A stretch of DNA of 48,368 nt from Minisyncoccota bacterium (GCA_017992305.1 JAGOOX010000001.1:1-48368); one strand, 5' to 3'; shown: positions 16,604 through 26,811, numbered from the stretch's first letter. Numbers and translations are program-made. Notes: a model not told the origin generated them from the letters alone.

Positions 16604-17143
16604 ATGTATATTTTCGCACTTGGTAACCCTGGTAAAAAATATGAAAACACTCCGCACAATGCGGGCCAAATTGTACTGCGTGATTTGGCCCCAAGTGGCG
16701 CCCAAATAATTTATCCCGATACTTTTATGAACGAATCGGGCAAGTTTATTAAAAAGTTTCTAGACTATAAAAACATAAACAATACTGAATATAAAAATAT
16801 TGTTATAGTGTATGACGACATTGATTTGCCAATTGGTGAATTTAAACTTGCTTTTGGCCGTGGCGATGGGGGGCACAATGGTTTAATTTCAGTCATTAAC
16901 GAATTAGGTACCCGCGATTTTATACGACTACGCATTGGTATTTGCCCAACTGACAGTAATGGTAATGCGCGCAAACCTAAAAACATATTTGGTCAAAACA
17001 CAACGCACAAATACGTATTACGAAATTTGTCACCTAACGAAACTACTAAACTAACTGCCAATCGCTCAAAAATCAAAAATATTTTAGAATCACTATACAT
17101 AAACGGTTACGAAAAAACCGCTAGTTTTATGGGGGTTTTGTAA
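16604..17143 (+). CDS. pth: Peptidyl-tRNA hydrolase
   Basis: MYIFALGNPGKKYENTPHNAGQ N-terminus, GRGDGGHNGL motif. The ORF-track start 16544 lies inside the repeat. Confidence 0.85.
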   Translation: MYIFALGNPGKKYENTPHNAGQIVLRDLAPSGAQIIYPDTFMNESGKFIKKFLDYKNINNTEYKNIVIVYDDIDLPIGEFKLAFGRGDGGHNGLISVINELGTRDFIRLRIGICPTDSNGNARKPKNIFGQNTTHKYVLRNLSPNETTKLTANRSKIKNILESLYINGYEKTASFMGVL

Positions 17144-17429
17144 AAACCTTTAAATTAGGTTTAATTCTAAATCTGTGTCATAAAACAATTTAACTTGATT
17201 TTTGTCAAATATTATTATATAGTTATTATATCGCAAGGGTCTCTAAGTTGGCTGTGCATAGTAAACTCCTTAAATCCCGGTCGCCTGAAGTGTAAGATTA
17301 AACATTTTCAGCGGAGGTTATCTAGTTGTGTGTATTTTAGAAATCGCTTTTCTTTGGATGGTTATTAAGCCCGATGAAAGAAAATGCAAATTCGGTACGA
17401 AACTATTATTCTTAAAAACAAATAAATAT

Positions 17430-18086
17430 ATGACTAATACTCAAAAAATCTCAAAGGCATTTGCTTTTGGTGCGACTACTTTGGCCTTAGCTATGCTAAT
17501 TGCGCCTTCAATCTCAAGTGCGTTAACACTAACTCGTCAATTACAAGTTGGTAAATCAGGTGCTGACGTTACGGCTTTACAAACATTCTTGGCCCAAGAC
17601 CGTGTTATTTACCCACAAGGTAAAGTTACTGGCTACTTTGGTTTTTTAACTAAATCTGCAGTTTCAAACTTCCAATCTCGTAATGGTTTAACTGCTGACG
17701 GTATTTCAGGTGCACGAACTAATGCCATAATAAACTTTCAAATGTCAAACGGTATGGGGAACGCTAATGGATTAGACGTTGATGCTGCAATTATTTCTAG
17801 TACTGGAGTAAATGTTACTACAAACACTGCAAATGTTGCTTGGTATACAAATGAAAATACAACTGGTGTAGTTTACTACAGCACTAGCCCGATAATGCTT
17901 ACAGAAGGTGATTACAGTGCAACCGTTACTGGTCAAACTGCAATGACTGACAACATGATGCATACTAGTCAAAATGTTGCCCTACAAGGTTTACAATCAA
18001 ATACAACTTACTACTACTCAATATACACAACTGATGCAAAGGGTAATGTAACAATTACATGGCCTGCAACATTTCGAACTAACTAG
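17430..18086 (+). CDS. Secreted protein with a peptidoglycan-binding (PG_binding_1-like) domain plus an FN3-like domain
   Basis: Signal peptide MTNTQKISKAFAFGATTLALAMLIAPSISSA. GADVTALQTFL...GYFGFLTKSAVSNFQSRNGLTADG. C-terminal WYTNENTTGVVYY...LQSNTTYYYSIY. Confidence 0.7.
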   Translation: MTNTQKISKAFAFGATTLALAMLIAPSISSALTLTRQLQVGKSGADVTALQTFLAQDRVIYPQGKVTGYFGFLTKSAVSNFQSRNGLTADGISGARTNAIINFQMSNGMGNANGLDVDAAIISSTGVNVTTNTANVAWYTNENTTGVVYYSTSPIMLTEGDYSATVTGQTAMTDNMMHTSQNVALQGLQSNTTYYYSIYTTDAKGNVTITWPATFRTN

Positions 18087-18123
18087 TAGTCGAATACTAG
18101 AAGGTTAAAAAATTCGGAGACTT

Positions 18124-18157
18124 AAAAAACACCCCTCGGTAGAAGGGGTGTTTTTTA
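18124..18157 (+). terminator. Rho-independent terminator
   Basis: AAAAAACACCCCT-cggtaga-AGGGGTGTTTTTT. Confidence 0.8.
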
Positions 18158-18225
18158 TTGTCCTGTTTTTCGTCATTTACAATGACCCTAAAAGGGTGTA
18201 TTGTTGTGGAGGAAATCATCTTTAT

Positions 18226-18492
18226 ATGAAAAACTTTAAATGGTATTACGTACGTGAATTTTTATTGAAATTTGGCTTTATTGGCAGATTAGTTGTTAAG
18301 GGTATAATCTTTACATGGCTAAAGCTGATAATTGCCGGCTTTATCAAGGTTGATAAAAATCATCCTATTTTGCAAACAGTTATAGAAATTGACCCATTTG
18401 TACACAAAATTGGCTGTATTGATAGGTTTTTTGGTAAAAAGGGTTTGTATCAACCCTTACTAACTAAAGCAATAAGATTAACTCCGTGTTAA
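18226..18492 (+). CDS. Hypothetical small protein (88 aa), weak call
   Basis: ATG 18226 preceded by GGAGGA. The ORF-track start 18148 lies inside the upstream terminator. Confidence 0.35.
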   Translation: MKNFKWYYVREFLLKFGFIGRLVVKGIIFTWLKLIIAGFIKVDKNHPILQTVIEIDPFVHKIGCIDRFFGKKGLYQPLLTKAIRLTPC

Positions 18493-18542
18493 TTACTAAA
18501 AAACTCCGCCCCAGGTTTGGGACGGAGTTTTTATTTTTTACA

Positions 18543-19682
18543 TTATTCAGCGTCAGTTTTTACTTCTTCTGATTTTTCTTCTACTACTTCTTTAGTTTCA
18601 TTAGTTTCAACTTTTTCTAATTTCTTGTCTGGGTCCATGAATACCAATGTCATACGTTGGTCTTTTGGTTCAAACAATGTAACTTGGAAGTCATATGTTT
18701 TACCTAGTGTTAGTTTTTCGCGAAGTCTTTGTTCGCCACCGATTGATGAGTTGTGTATCAAACCTGCAACGCCTTCTTTGATCGAAACTAATGCACCGTG
18801 TTTGTTGTATTTAATAACAACACCTTGTACGATGTCACCCTTTTTCAGTGAGTTTTCAAAATCTTTCCATGGGTTTTCACGCAATGCTTTGATAGAAAGT
18901 GAAACTTTACCATCTTTGATTTCAATAATCTTGGCTTTAACTTTGTCACCAATTTTAAATCGTGAACGTGTGTCGTCAACTAGACCCCAGTCAATTTCTG
19001 AGATGTGAACTAGGCCTTCTAGGCGGTCTTCAAGCTTTAGAAATACTCCAAAGTCTACGATACCGGCAACAGTTGTTTCAACTTCATCCCCAACATTGTA
19101 TTTGATTAGCATTTCACCACGGCCTGCGTCTTCACCTGTTTTTTCAGAGAAGATTAGTTTGCCTTCCTTTGGTAGTGCTGAAATCATAGTTAGGTTTAGT
19201 TTTTGACCAACTAATTTTTTCAACTCAGTGTGAATTTTGTCTTTGTCTGAATCGGCAACACGAGGGTAATTTTCAGCTGATAGTTGTGACGCTGGCAAGA
19301 AGCCCATAATACCTTGCCATTCAATGATCAAACCACCCTTGTTAGCATCCTTCACGGTAACCTCAATAGGGGTTTTAGCTTTGATCAATTTGTCAGCCTC
19401 GCTCCAAATTAGGGCTTGCTTAGCTTCTTTTAGAGACAATTCAACATAACCGTCTTCGTTTTCAATATCAACAACTTTGGCCTTGATTGAATCACCAACG
19501 GCAACTTTCTTGATAATGTCACGAGCTACCATGAATTCACGACCATAAATGATACCTGTGCTAGATGGGCCTAGGTTAACATAAACGGCGTTTTTGGTAA
19601 TCGAAATAACTGGTCCTTCAACCAATGCCTCGATTAACGGCTTGTCGCTAGTCTTGTCTAATAGTTCTGTTTTTGTGTTCAT
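18543..19682 (-). CDS. rpsA: S1 RNA-binding repeat protein (ribosomal protein S1-like, four S1 domains)
   Basis: Repeated S1/OB motifs (GxVxxVxxFGxFVxL...GLVHISE-like), acidic C-terminal tail. Confidence 0.8.
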   Translation of the reverse strand: MNTKTELLDKTSDKPLIEALVEGPVISITKNAVYVNLGPSSTGIIYGREFMVARDIIKKVAVGDSIKAKVVDIENEDGYVELSLKEAKQALIWSEADKLIKAKTPIEVTVKDANKGGLIIEWQGIMGFLPASQLSAENYPRVADSDKDKIHTELKKLVGQKLNLTMISALPKEGKLIFSEKTGEDAGRGEMLIKYNVGDEVETTVAGIVDFGVFLKLEDRLEGLVHISEIDWGLVDDTRSRFKIGDKVKAKIIEIKDGKVSLSIKALRENPWKDFENSLKKGDIVQGVVIKYNKHGALVSIKEGVAGLIHNSSIGGEQRLREKLTLGKTYDFQVTLFEPKDQRMTLVFMDPDKKLEKVETNETKEVVEEKSEEVKTDAE

Positions 19683-19902
19683 ATAAATATAAAATCCGCA
19701 TTAATGCGGAGACCTCAAGTGTTCCTGCTCATCCAAAGTCTTGTGATGGACGAACAGGGGTTACATCTTGTGGTATACGTCTAAGGTATTCCCTAGACCT
19801 CCTAATAATATTTAATACTCATACCTTACTATAAAACCAACCTTTTTGCAAGGTATGTAAACATATAAACAAAGACCTGAAAGTGCGCAAATTTTTTGAA
19901 TA

Positions 19903-19911
19903 TGTTATAAT
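19903..19911 (+). promoter_or_regulatory. Extended -10 (TGtTATAAT) 7 nt upstream of ATG 19919; leaderless geometry
   Basis: TG 19903-19904, TATAAT 19906-19911. Confidence 0.5.
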
Positions 19912-19918
19912 AGACGGT

Positions 19919-20569
19919 ATGATAATTTCTTATTTAGGCAAGGAGTGTTTTAAGATTTCTCAGGGCGATTTTACTTTGGTGGTAAATCCTCCAAATAAAG
20001 ACTCAAAGTGGTCAAAGGGTATATCTCGTTTTGGTTCAAATGTAGCTATTTCAACCACCCTAGAAGATGATTTTTCAGGGACTGATTTATTCTCATATGG
20101 CGAAACTGTACCTTTTGAAATTCGCGGTGCCGGTCGCTATGAAATGAAGGGTATAGATGTAACTGGTGCATCTTTTTATATACAAAGACAAGTTGGAAAA
20201 GAGATAAAGAAGGTTTTAAATACTGTTTATACAATTACAATTGATGATATCGACATTGCCTTTTTGGGCCCAGTAACTACAACTGAAATAACTGGCGAGG
20301 CCCGCGAGGTGTTGGGTAGCCCACACATATTATTTATACCTATTGGTGGCGCAGATGTTATCGACCCCAAAGCCGCGGCCAAAATTGCTGTTATGTTAGA
20401 TGCACACATAACTATACCGATGGACTATGGCGACGACCAAAAACCTGACGCCCTAAAGACTTTTTTGAAGGAAATGGGTGCCGAAAACGTTAAAGCCGAG
20501 GATAAACTAACGCTAAAGCGTCGAGACATCGAATCAAAAGAAGGCGAGGTAATGGTTCTGTCGTATTAG
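19919..20569 (+). CDS. Metallo-beta-lactamase-fold (UPF0173-like) hydrolase homologue, tentative
   Basis: MIISYLGKECFKISQGDFTLVVNPP resembles the N-terminus of the MBL-fold UPF0173 family. Start chosen from the promoter geometry (the ORF-track start is GTG 19883). Confidence 0.5.
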   Translation: MIISYLGKECFKISQGDFTLVVNPPNKDSKWSKGISRFGSNVAISTTLEDDFSGTDLFSYGETVPFEIRGAGRYEMKGIDVTGASFYIQRQVGKEIKKVLNTVYTITIDDIDIAFLGPVTTTEITGEAREVLGSPHILFIPIGGADVIDPKAAAKIAVMLDAHITIPMDYGDDQKPDALKTFLKEMGAENVKAEDKLTLKRRDIESKEGEVMVLSY

Positions 20570-20597
20570 TCATTCTACAAATAATTCATTTTAATTT

Positions 20598-20870
20598 ATG
20601 GAAGAAGGTAAAAATATTATTGATAAAAAAAGGGAAAACAAGGTTATTGATGCCAAAAATAACATCAAGGCTGGCTTTTATACTTTAATAATTTTTGCTA
20701 TAGTTGTTGCCATATGGGTTTACACAAATCCTTTTTTTAATAAACCGCAAATTATAATTGATAGTTTTCAGGCCCAGCCCGAAACCGTTGCAAAAGTTAA
20801 CACGATTAACCAAAGCTTTAAAACCATGTGGTCAGATATTGCAGAAGGTTTTTCAAGTCTAAAAAAATAA
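20598..20870 (+). CDS. Small single-pass membrane protein
   Basis: One TM segment ([16 protein letters not shown]). Just upstream of gyrA. Confidence 0.5.
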   Translation: MEEGKNIIDKKRENKVIDAKNNIKAGFYTLIIFAIVVAIWVYTNPFFNKPQIIIDSFQAQPETVAKVNTINQSFKTMWSDIAEGFSSLKK

Positions 20871-20889
20871 AATAATTTTAAATAACAAA

Positions 20890-23412
20890 ATGCCAAAATC
20901 AAAAAAAGAAGTTAATAATGATTCTCATGAATTTGACCCATCAAAAAACAATGGTGGTGTTAATAATACTGGCATAAATGTAGCTGGCTTTAAAAGCATA
21001 CTACCCGTTTCAATAGTGGACGAAATGAAAAGTTCGTATTTAGACTATGCCATGAGTGTTATTACGTCTCGTGCGCTACCTGATGTTCGTGATGGTTTGA
21101 AACCTGTGCATCGCCGAATACTATTTTCAATGTATGAAAATGGTCTAACCGCTAGTGCTAAATTTAAAAAATCAGCCTTTATTGTGGGTGACGTGTTGGG
21201 TAAATATCACCCGCACGGTGATGCTTCAGTTTATGATGCCATGGTTAACTTGGCACAACCTTTCTCGACCCGCTACCCACTAGTCTTTGGTCAAGGTAAC
21301 TTTGGTTCAATTGATGGTGATAGCCAGGCTGCTATGCGTTATACCGAGGCTCGTATGTCTAAAATCGCCATGGAAATGATGCGCGACATTAATAAAGAAA
21401 CTGTTAATTTCGCCCCAAACTATGATGGTACTCGCAAAGAACCAACTGTTATGCCAACTGTTGTGCCACAACTACTATTAAATGGTACTTTGGGTATTGC
21501 CGTGGGTATGGCTACAAATATGGCGCCACACAATTTGCGCGAGGTGGTAGACGCAACCGTTCACATGATCGACAACCCCGATGCTACAACCGAAGATTTA
21601 ATGGATTATGTTCAAGGGCCCGACTTTCCAATTGGAGGTATTGCTTATAACAAGGCCGACATTTTACGTGCATATTCAACCGGCCGCGGTGGTGTTGTAA
21701 CACGAGGCGAGGCTGAAATTGTCGAAACAAAAAGCGGTCAATTTAATATAATAATTTCATCAATCCCATACCGCGTTGTTAAACAAAACATGGTTACCGC
21801 TATTGCTGAACTAGTGCACGAGAAAAAACTTGAAGGTATCAAAGACATGCGCGACGAATCAACCGACGAAATTCGTGTTGTTATTGAACTTAAAAATGGT
21901 GTTGCGCCAGAGAGGGTACTAAACTATTTATATAAACACACACAACTTGAACAAACCTTCCATTTCAACATGGTTGCGTTGGTTGACGGCGTACCACAAA
22001 CACTATCACTATCATCATTAATTAGTAATTTTATATTACACCGCGAAACAGTTGTACGACTACGTACCGAATACGATTTGCGCAAAGCTCGCGAACGCGA
22101 ACATATATTGTTGGGTTTGAAAAAAGCCCTTGATCACATTGATCGTGTTATTACAATAATTCGCGAATCAAAAGACGCGGCATTGGCCAAAGTTAACTTG
22201 ATGAAAGAATTCAAATTCTCTGATTTGCAAACTACTGCAATATTGGAAATGCGTTTGCAAAAATTGGCAGGCTTGGAACGTAAGGCTGTTGAATTAGAAC
22301 TAAAAGACATTCAAGATTTTATCAAAGAATGCGAATCAATTTTGGCATCACGACCAAAAATGCTTGCAATCATCAAAGACGAATTAAATGAGATCAAAGA
22401 AAAATACGGTGACGATCGCCGTACAAAAATTGTCAAAGGTGGCTTGAAATCAGTTAGTGATGAAGACCTAATACCGAACAAAGAAAACGTTTTGGTTTAT
22501 ACCAAGGGTGGTTATGTTAAACGTACTGACCCGTCTGAATATCGCGCGCAAAAGCGTGGCGGTGTAGGTGTAATTGATATTGAAACCAAAGACGAAGATT
22601 TTGTTACAATGTTAGTTTCAGCCAATACGCATGCTGACTTGCTATTTTTCACAAACTTGGGTAAAGCTTACCAAATTAAAATGTATGATATACCCGAGGG
22701 CAAAAAGGCCACAAAGGGTAAATCAATCATGAATTTCTTGTCGATTACTCAAAATGAATCAATCACATCGATTTTGCCAATTTCGAAGGAAAACAAAGAC
22801 AGTGTAAAAGCTTTGGTTTTGGTTACCAAAAACGGCGATGCTAAAAAGGTTTCAGCAAGTAGTTTCAAAGACGTACGTCGCAGTGGTATTATTTCAATCA
22901 AATTAGCGGCAGGTGACGAACTAGTTTCAGTACTACCTGTAACTGATACTGATGAGGTTGTAATTGTTTCAACCGAGGGTCAATCAATACGATTCAAAGA
23001 ATCAGACATTCGCGAAATGGGCCGTAGTGCTGGTGGTGTGCGCGCTATGAAGTTAGATAAAACTGATTTTGTGGTAGGTGTTGATGTTATTAAAAAGGGC
23101 CAAGATAAAGGCGCAGGTAAATTGTTAACCATGAGTGCTAATGGTTTGGGTAAACAAACTGAACTTTCTGAATACAAGGTGCAAAAGCGTGGCGGTAGCG
23201 GTATTAAAACCGCCAAGGTCACCCAAAAAACTGGTAATATTATAATTGCCAAGGTTATAACCGAACAAGAAGAACTAATTGCCGTATCACAAAAAGGCCA
23301 AATCATTCGCACTAGTATTGAATCAGTGCCAACATTGGGTCGCGATACCCAGGGCGTGACTGTTATGAAACTTCGCGCAGGGGACACAATCGCTTCGTTT
23401 ACTTGTTTGTAG
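20890..23412 (+). CDS. gyrA: DNA gyrase subunit A
   Basis: Motifs [28 protein letters not shown], plus C-terminal beta-pinwheel repeats. Confidence 0.95.
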   Translation: MPKSKKEVNNDSHEFDPSKNNGGVNNTGINVAGFKSILPVSIVDEMKSSYLDYAMSVITSRALPDVRDGLKPVHRRILFSMYENGLTASAKFKKSAFIVGDVLGKYHPHGDASVYDAMVNLAQPFSTRYPLVFGQGNFGSIDGDSQAAMRYTEARMSKIAMEMMRDINKETVNFAPNYDGTRKEPTVMPTVVPQLLLNGTLGIAVGMATNMAPHNLREVVDATVHMIDNPDATTEDLMDYVQGPDFPIGGIAYNKADILRAYSTGRGGVVTRGEAEIVETKSGQFNIIISSIPYRVVKQNMVTAIAELVHEKKLEGIKDMRDESTDEIRVVIELKNGVAPERVLNYLYKHTQLEQTFHFNMVALVDGVPQTLSLSSLISNFILHRETVVRLRTEYDLRKAREREHILLGLKKALDHIDRVITIIRESKDAALAKVNLMKEFKFSDLQTTAILEMRLQKLAGLERKAVELELKDIQDFIKECESILASRPKMLAIIKDELNEIKEKYGDDRRTKIVKGGLKSVSDEDLIPNKENVLVYTKGGYVKRTDPSEYRAQKRGGVGVIDIETKDEDFVTMLVSANTHADLLFFTNLGKAYQIKMYDIPEGKKATKGKSIMNFLSITQNESITSILPISKENKDSVKALVLVTKNGDAKKVSASSFKDVRRSGIISIKLAAGDELVSVLPVTDTDEVVIVSTEGQSIRFKESDIREMGRSAGGVRAMKLDKTDFVVGVDVIKKGQDKGAGKLLTMSANGLGKQTELSEYKVQKRGGSGIKTAKVTQKTGNIIIAKVITEQEELIAVSQKGQIIRTSIESVPTLGRDTQGVTVMKLRAGDTIASFTCL

Positions 23413-23492
23413 AATTTTTTGTAATTTAAATCCCATACCTAGTATGGGAAAATAAAAAAGCCTCGTGTGTATAAAAACCACGAGGCTTTTTG

Positions 23493-24233
23493 CTAATTAA
23501 ATGTAATTTCAGCCATTTTTTGCCAAAAATTACCAAATACTTTGGTTGATTTTTTTACTGATTTAAAAATCTGGTCTAACCTTTCAGGAGTATTACCTAC
23601 CAGAGTAATTAAACTTTGGCTGTCATCAGCGTGAGTCTTCTCAAGCTTTTCATGTAGTTTAAAGTAGATCAAGTCCTCACCTTTTAATATGTCATGGCCG
23701 GGTTGGTATAAACTTTTTTCGAACGCCTTACCAATCGTTAAAATGTTGCTAGCAGTATATTCGACTACCAACAATTTACCGAAACCGTACTCAACAGAAG
23801 TTCTATTACTGAAGCTCTGATCCAAACTTTGTATAAGCATCTTAGTTTCGTGTTCGATTTCTTCGACAAAGCCAAGTTTTTTGGGAATTCTTTCAAAAAG
23901 TTTAAAATGAATAATTTTATGATCATTAGTGTCATCAACTTTTTTAATACCCAAGCCCCAATCGTTGCCCAAGATTTTTAATACTTCTTGTGTAAGTTTT
24001 TCAAGCCTAAATAATTCTTTCTCGTCATTTGTCAGTTCTTGTTGTTCAGTCAGCTGGCTTACCAGTCTTGGTAGACTTCTGGCAAAATGTCGTGTGACGG
24101 CATGCCAATTAGTGGCTAATTTTTGTAACTCTGATGAAGGGAAGCTGACAGGGCAGCGAAGTGATTTCTCAAAGCACGGGTTCCAAAAGGCCTGACTTTG
24201 TTGAATGTAGTTAATTATTTCTTCTTTTTCCAT
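23493..24233 (-). CDS. Hypothetical helical protein (246 aa); possibly a haem-oxygenase-like/iron-containing redox enzyme fold
   Basis: Clean ORF with its own bidirectional terminator (23454-23491). IYFKLHEKLEKTHADDS resembles the H-x3-E/D-x2-H motif of that fold. Sits between duplicated gyrA 3' ends. Confidence 0.45.
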   Translation of the reverse strand: MEKEEIINYIQQSQAFWNPCFEKSLRCPVSFPSSELQKLATNWHAVTRHFARSLPRLVSQLTEQQELTNDEKELFRLEKLTQEVLKILGNDWGLGIKKVDDTNDHKIIHFKLFERIPKKLGFVEEIEHETKMLIQSLDQSFSNRTSVEYGFGKLLVVEYTASNILTIGKAFEKSLYQPGHDILKGEDLIYFKLHEKLEKTHADDSQSLITLVGNTPERLDQIFKSVKKSTKVFGNFWQKMAEITFN

Positions 24234-24320
24234 AATTTAAAAGTTCAATTTATACAATCTTGCCGAATTTTAATCAAAATGTCAATATCGGAAGGTCTTG
24301 CCCTCCAATAGGCCATTGAA

Positions 24321-24380
24321 GGCGCTACCGTAATGAAACTTCGCGCAGGGGACACAATCGCTTCGTTTACTTGCCTGTAA
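24321..24380 (+). pseudogene. Displaced relic of the gyrA 3' end (encodes [19 protein letters not shown])
   Basis: 24333-24373 is identical to 23365-23405 (41 nt). Frame and stop are preserved. Followed by its own terminator (24404-24432). Confidence 0.8.
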
Positions 24381-24490
24381 GACTCTATAAATAAAAACCC
24401 ATAAAAAGCCTTAGTTTCTAAGGCTTTTTAACTTTTTATGTCTATTGACAAATAGGGTATAAAGGTGCTATAGTTACAGAGGTAAAAAAT

Positions 24491-24841
24491 ATGGAAAAGA
24501 AAAATATATGGATTAGCGCAATAAGCGCAATGTTCGCTGTACACATAATTGGTTGTACAGGTTTGATGAATGTACATGTTGCGATTTTAGTAATATTACA
24601 CATCATTTTGGGTTTAATTTTTGGCTTTTTGGTCAATTTCTATTATTCAGAAAAGAACCAGCTTTGGTTTTTTATCAGCTCTGTATTATTGATTGTGCTT
24701 ACGGTGGCCGGCTTTAGTGGCGACTCATTGCTATTGAATAAGGTCTTAAAAGACTACGCAGTACTTATTGCGCCAAGTACATTAACCTTTTTTTGTTTTG
24801 TAGGTCACTATATAGACAAAATAAAGTTGCTTAGGGCTTAA
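24491..24841 (+). CDS. Integral membrane protein (4 TM), unknown function
   Basis: Promoter TTGACA...TATAGT and GAGG Shine-Dalgarno upstream; terminator downstream. Confidence 0.6.
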   Translation: MEKKNIWISAISAMFAVHIIGCTGLMNVHVAILVILHIILGLIFGFLVNFYYSEKNQLWFFISSVLLIVLTVAGFSGDSLLLNKVLKDYAVLIAPSTLTFFCFVGHYIDKIKLLRA

Positions 24842-24905
24842 ATCAGGCCCTTCAAATCTTAAACACCTCAAAAGGGTGTTTTTCTTTTAGATAATACATA
24901 ATGTT

Positions 24906-24914
24906 TGATATACT
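24906..24914 (+). promoter_or_regulatory. Extended -10 (TGaTATACT) 6 nt upstream of ATG 24921; leaderless geometry
   Basis: TG 24906-24907, TATACT 24909-24914. Confidence 0.5.
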
Positions 24915-24920
24915 ATATAT

Positions 24921-25433
24921 ATGATTGATGCACCGCATAAAATTTTGGCACAATTAGTTATTCACGACGGTTCGTGTGTGATTGATTTTGGTGCAGGGTT
25001 TGGGACTTATTCATTACTGCTGTCAGACTTGGTCGGGCAGGGAGGTAGTGTTTTTGCAGTTGATGTACAAAGACATTTGATAGACAAAATTAAACGCGAA
25101 GCTAATGAAACTGGCAAAAAAAATATTTACCCAATGTATGCTGATGTTGAAAAATTGGGTGGTGTACCGCTACAGACTGCGGTGGCAGACTATATTTTTA
25201 TTGTAAATGTTTTAAACGAGGTAGATGATAAGCGAATCGTTTTTGAAGAAGCAAAAAGACTATTAAAAATGGGTGGCCGTTTAGTGGTGGTTGACCACGA
25301 AGACACGCCATTGCCGGGGGTAAAACATTTCAAACTTGTTGATTGCGAACTAGTGGCAAAAAATGCCGGCTTTCATAAAGTTGAAAAAATTGATGCAGGC
25401 GAATTTGCATATGGTATAATATATCAGTCATAA
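24921..25433 (+). CDS. Class I SAM-dependent methyltransferase
   Basis: Motif I VIDFGAGFGTYS, motif II-like VFAVD, GGRLVVVD. Confidence 0.8.
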   Translation: MIDAPHKILAQLVIHDGSCVIDFGAGFGTYSLLLSDLVGQGGSVFAVDVQRHLIDKIKREANETGKKNIYPMYADVEKLGGVPLQTAVADYIFIVNVLNEVDDKRIVFEEAKRLLKMGGRLVVVDHEDTPLPGVKHFKLVDCELVAKNAGFHKVEKIDAGEFAYGIIYQS

Positions 25434-25488
25434 GTTTTGTGACTTTTTAAAAAAGAAATTAAAATAAAAATTACGAAACTTTAATTAT

Positions 25489-26811
25489 ATGGATGAAGTA
25501 AAAAGTAAAAATCGGTTTGGTATAATATTGGCTCTTGTTGGGGCTGGCCTTTTGATTTTAGGGGTTTTGTTTTTCTCGGGCAAGTTGGGTGGTAAAAATT
25601 CAACTAGTACAGCCGAACCCGAGGGCATGGTTGTCGTTTGGGGTACTTTGCCACAGGTTGAATTTAACCAGGCCCTACAGTTTATTATGGCTAGGCAAAG
25701 TAAAATTGGCATATCATATACACAGGTTGCCCCAAACGAACTAAGGCCCAAGTTAATAGAGGCAATTGCTGCTGACATTGCCCCTGACATGGTTGTAACT
25801 GATATTTCAAACTTTTATTCAATCAAGTTTTACACCCAAGAAATACCGTATGCTATATACCCCGAGGCTGGGTTTAAACAAGCTTTTTCAGGTGTAACTC
25901 ATGACCTGCTAACCCAAACGGGTGTTTTGGGTATACCAATTGGTATTGACCCAATTATGATGTTCTTTAACCGCGAAATTTTGGCTCAGTCAGGCTATGC
26001 AACACCACCTCTAACATGGAATGACGTTTATTTAATGGCGCCTGATATTATAAAAATCGAAAAAGGACAATTAATTCGCCAAGAATTATTACCTTTTGGT
26101 CAATATAAAAATGTTAATAACGCTTGGGCTATTATTTCAACATTGTTTGCGCAGTCTCGTGTACCAATTGTTAGAACTGACCCAGTTATTGGTAAATTCG
26201 TTAACCTAGCTAATTCAGACATTGCCGGTATTGAAGGTGCGGGGCAACGAGTTATAGAATTTTATACACAGTTTTCTGACCCTAAAAGTCAATTTTACAC
26301 ATGGAATCGTTCAATGCTTGATTCAAAAAAAGAGTTTTTAGAGGGTAGGTTGGCTTTTTTGCCAAGCTTTGCATCTGAAGCCAAGGACCTGCGCGACCGT
26401 AACCCAAACTTAAACTTTGGTGTTGCCCAAATACCTCAGTTAAATACCGATGCTCAATATCAGGCGACTTTTGCAAATGTATATGTCGCAGGTATGCTAA
26501 AAAAATCAACTAACCCGACCGCTACAAATGTTGTGTTGTTCGAAATGGCGGGCACTGACTTTCAAAAGGCTTTTTCGCAAATACTAATGATGGCGCCAGC
26601 CCTAAGTTCATTGCTAATGTTGCCACCAGAAACGACTTATTTACCAACTGTATATCGTAGTGCCCTAATTGCTAAATCTTGGTACAATGATGATATGGTA
26701 AAAACTGAACAGGCATTTAGTCAAATGGTTGAATCGGTTATTTCGGGTAAGCAAAATGTGCAACAAGCAATTTATCAAGCTGAAAGGATTTTGAACAATA
26801 CAAACTTTTAG
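25489..26811 (+). CDS. Membrane-anchored extracellular solute-binding-protein-like protein (SBP family 1-like), orphan
   Basis: N-terminal TM. VVVWGT...APDMVV...PIGIDPIMMFFNREILAQSGYATPPLTWNDV matches the SBP_bac_1 pattern. No permease or ATPase genes adjacent. Confidence 0.6.
   Translation: MDEVKSKNRFGIILALVGAGLLILGVLFFSGKLGGKNSTSTAEPEGMVVVWGTLPQVEFNQALQFIMARQSKIGISYTQVAPNELRPKLIEAIAADIAPDMVVTDISNFYSIKFYTQEIPYAIYPEAGFKQAFSGVTHDLLTQTGVLGIPIGIDPIMMFFNREILAQSGYATPPLTWNDVYLMAPDIIKIEKGQLIRQELLPFGQYKNVNNAWAIISTLFAQSRVPIVRTDPVIGKFVNLANSDIAGIEGAGQRVIEFYTQFSDPKSQFYTWNRSMLDSKKEFLEGRLAFLPSFASEAKDLRDRNPNLNFGVAQIPQLNTDAQYQATFANVYVAGMLKKSTNPTATNVVLFEMAGTDFQKAFSQILMMAPALSSLLMLPPETTYLPTVYRSALIAKSWYNDDMVKTEQAFSQMVESVISGKQNVQQAIYQAERILNNTNF

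Noticed and set aside
17150-17429. Naming the leader a c-di-AMP (ydaO) riboswitch
   Set aside because: The gene context fits, but I could not find the pseudo-symmetric conserved cores. It needs a covariance-model search.
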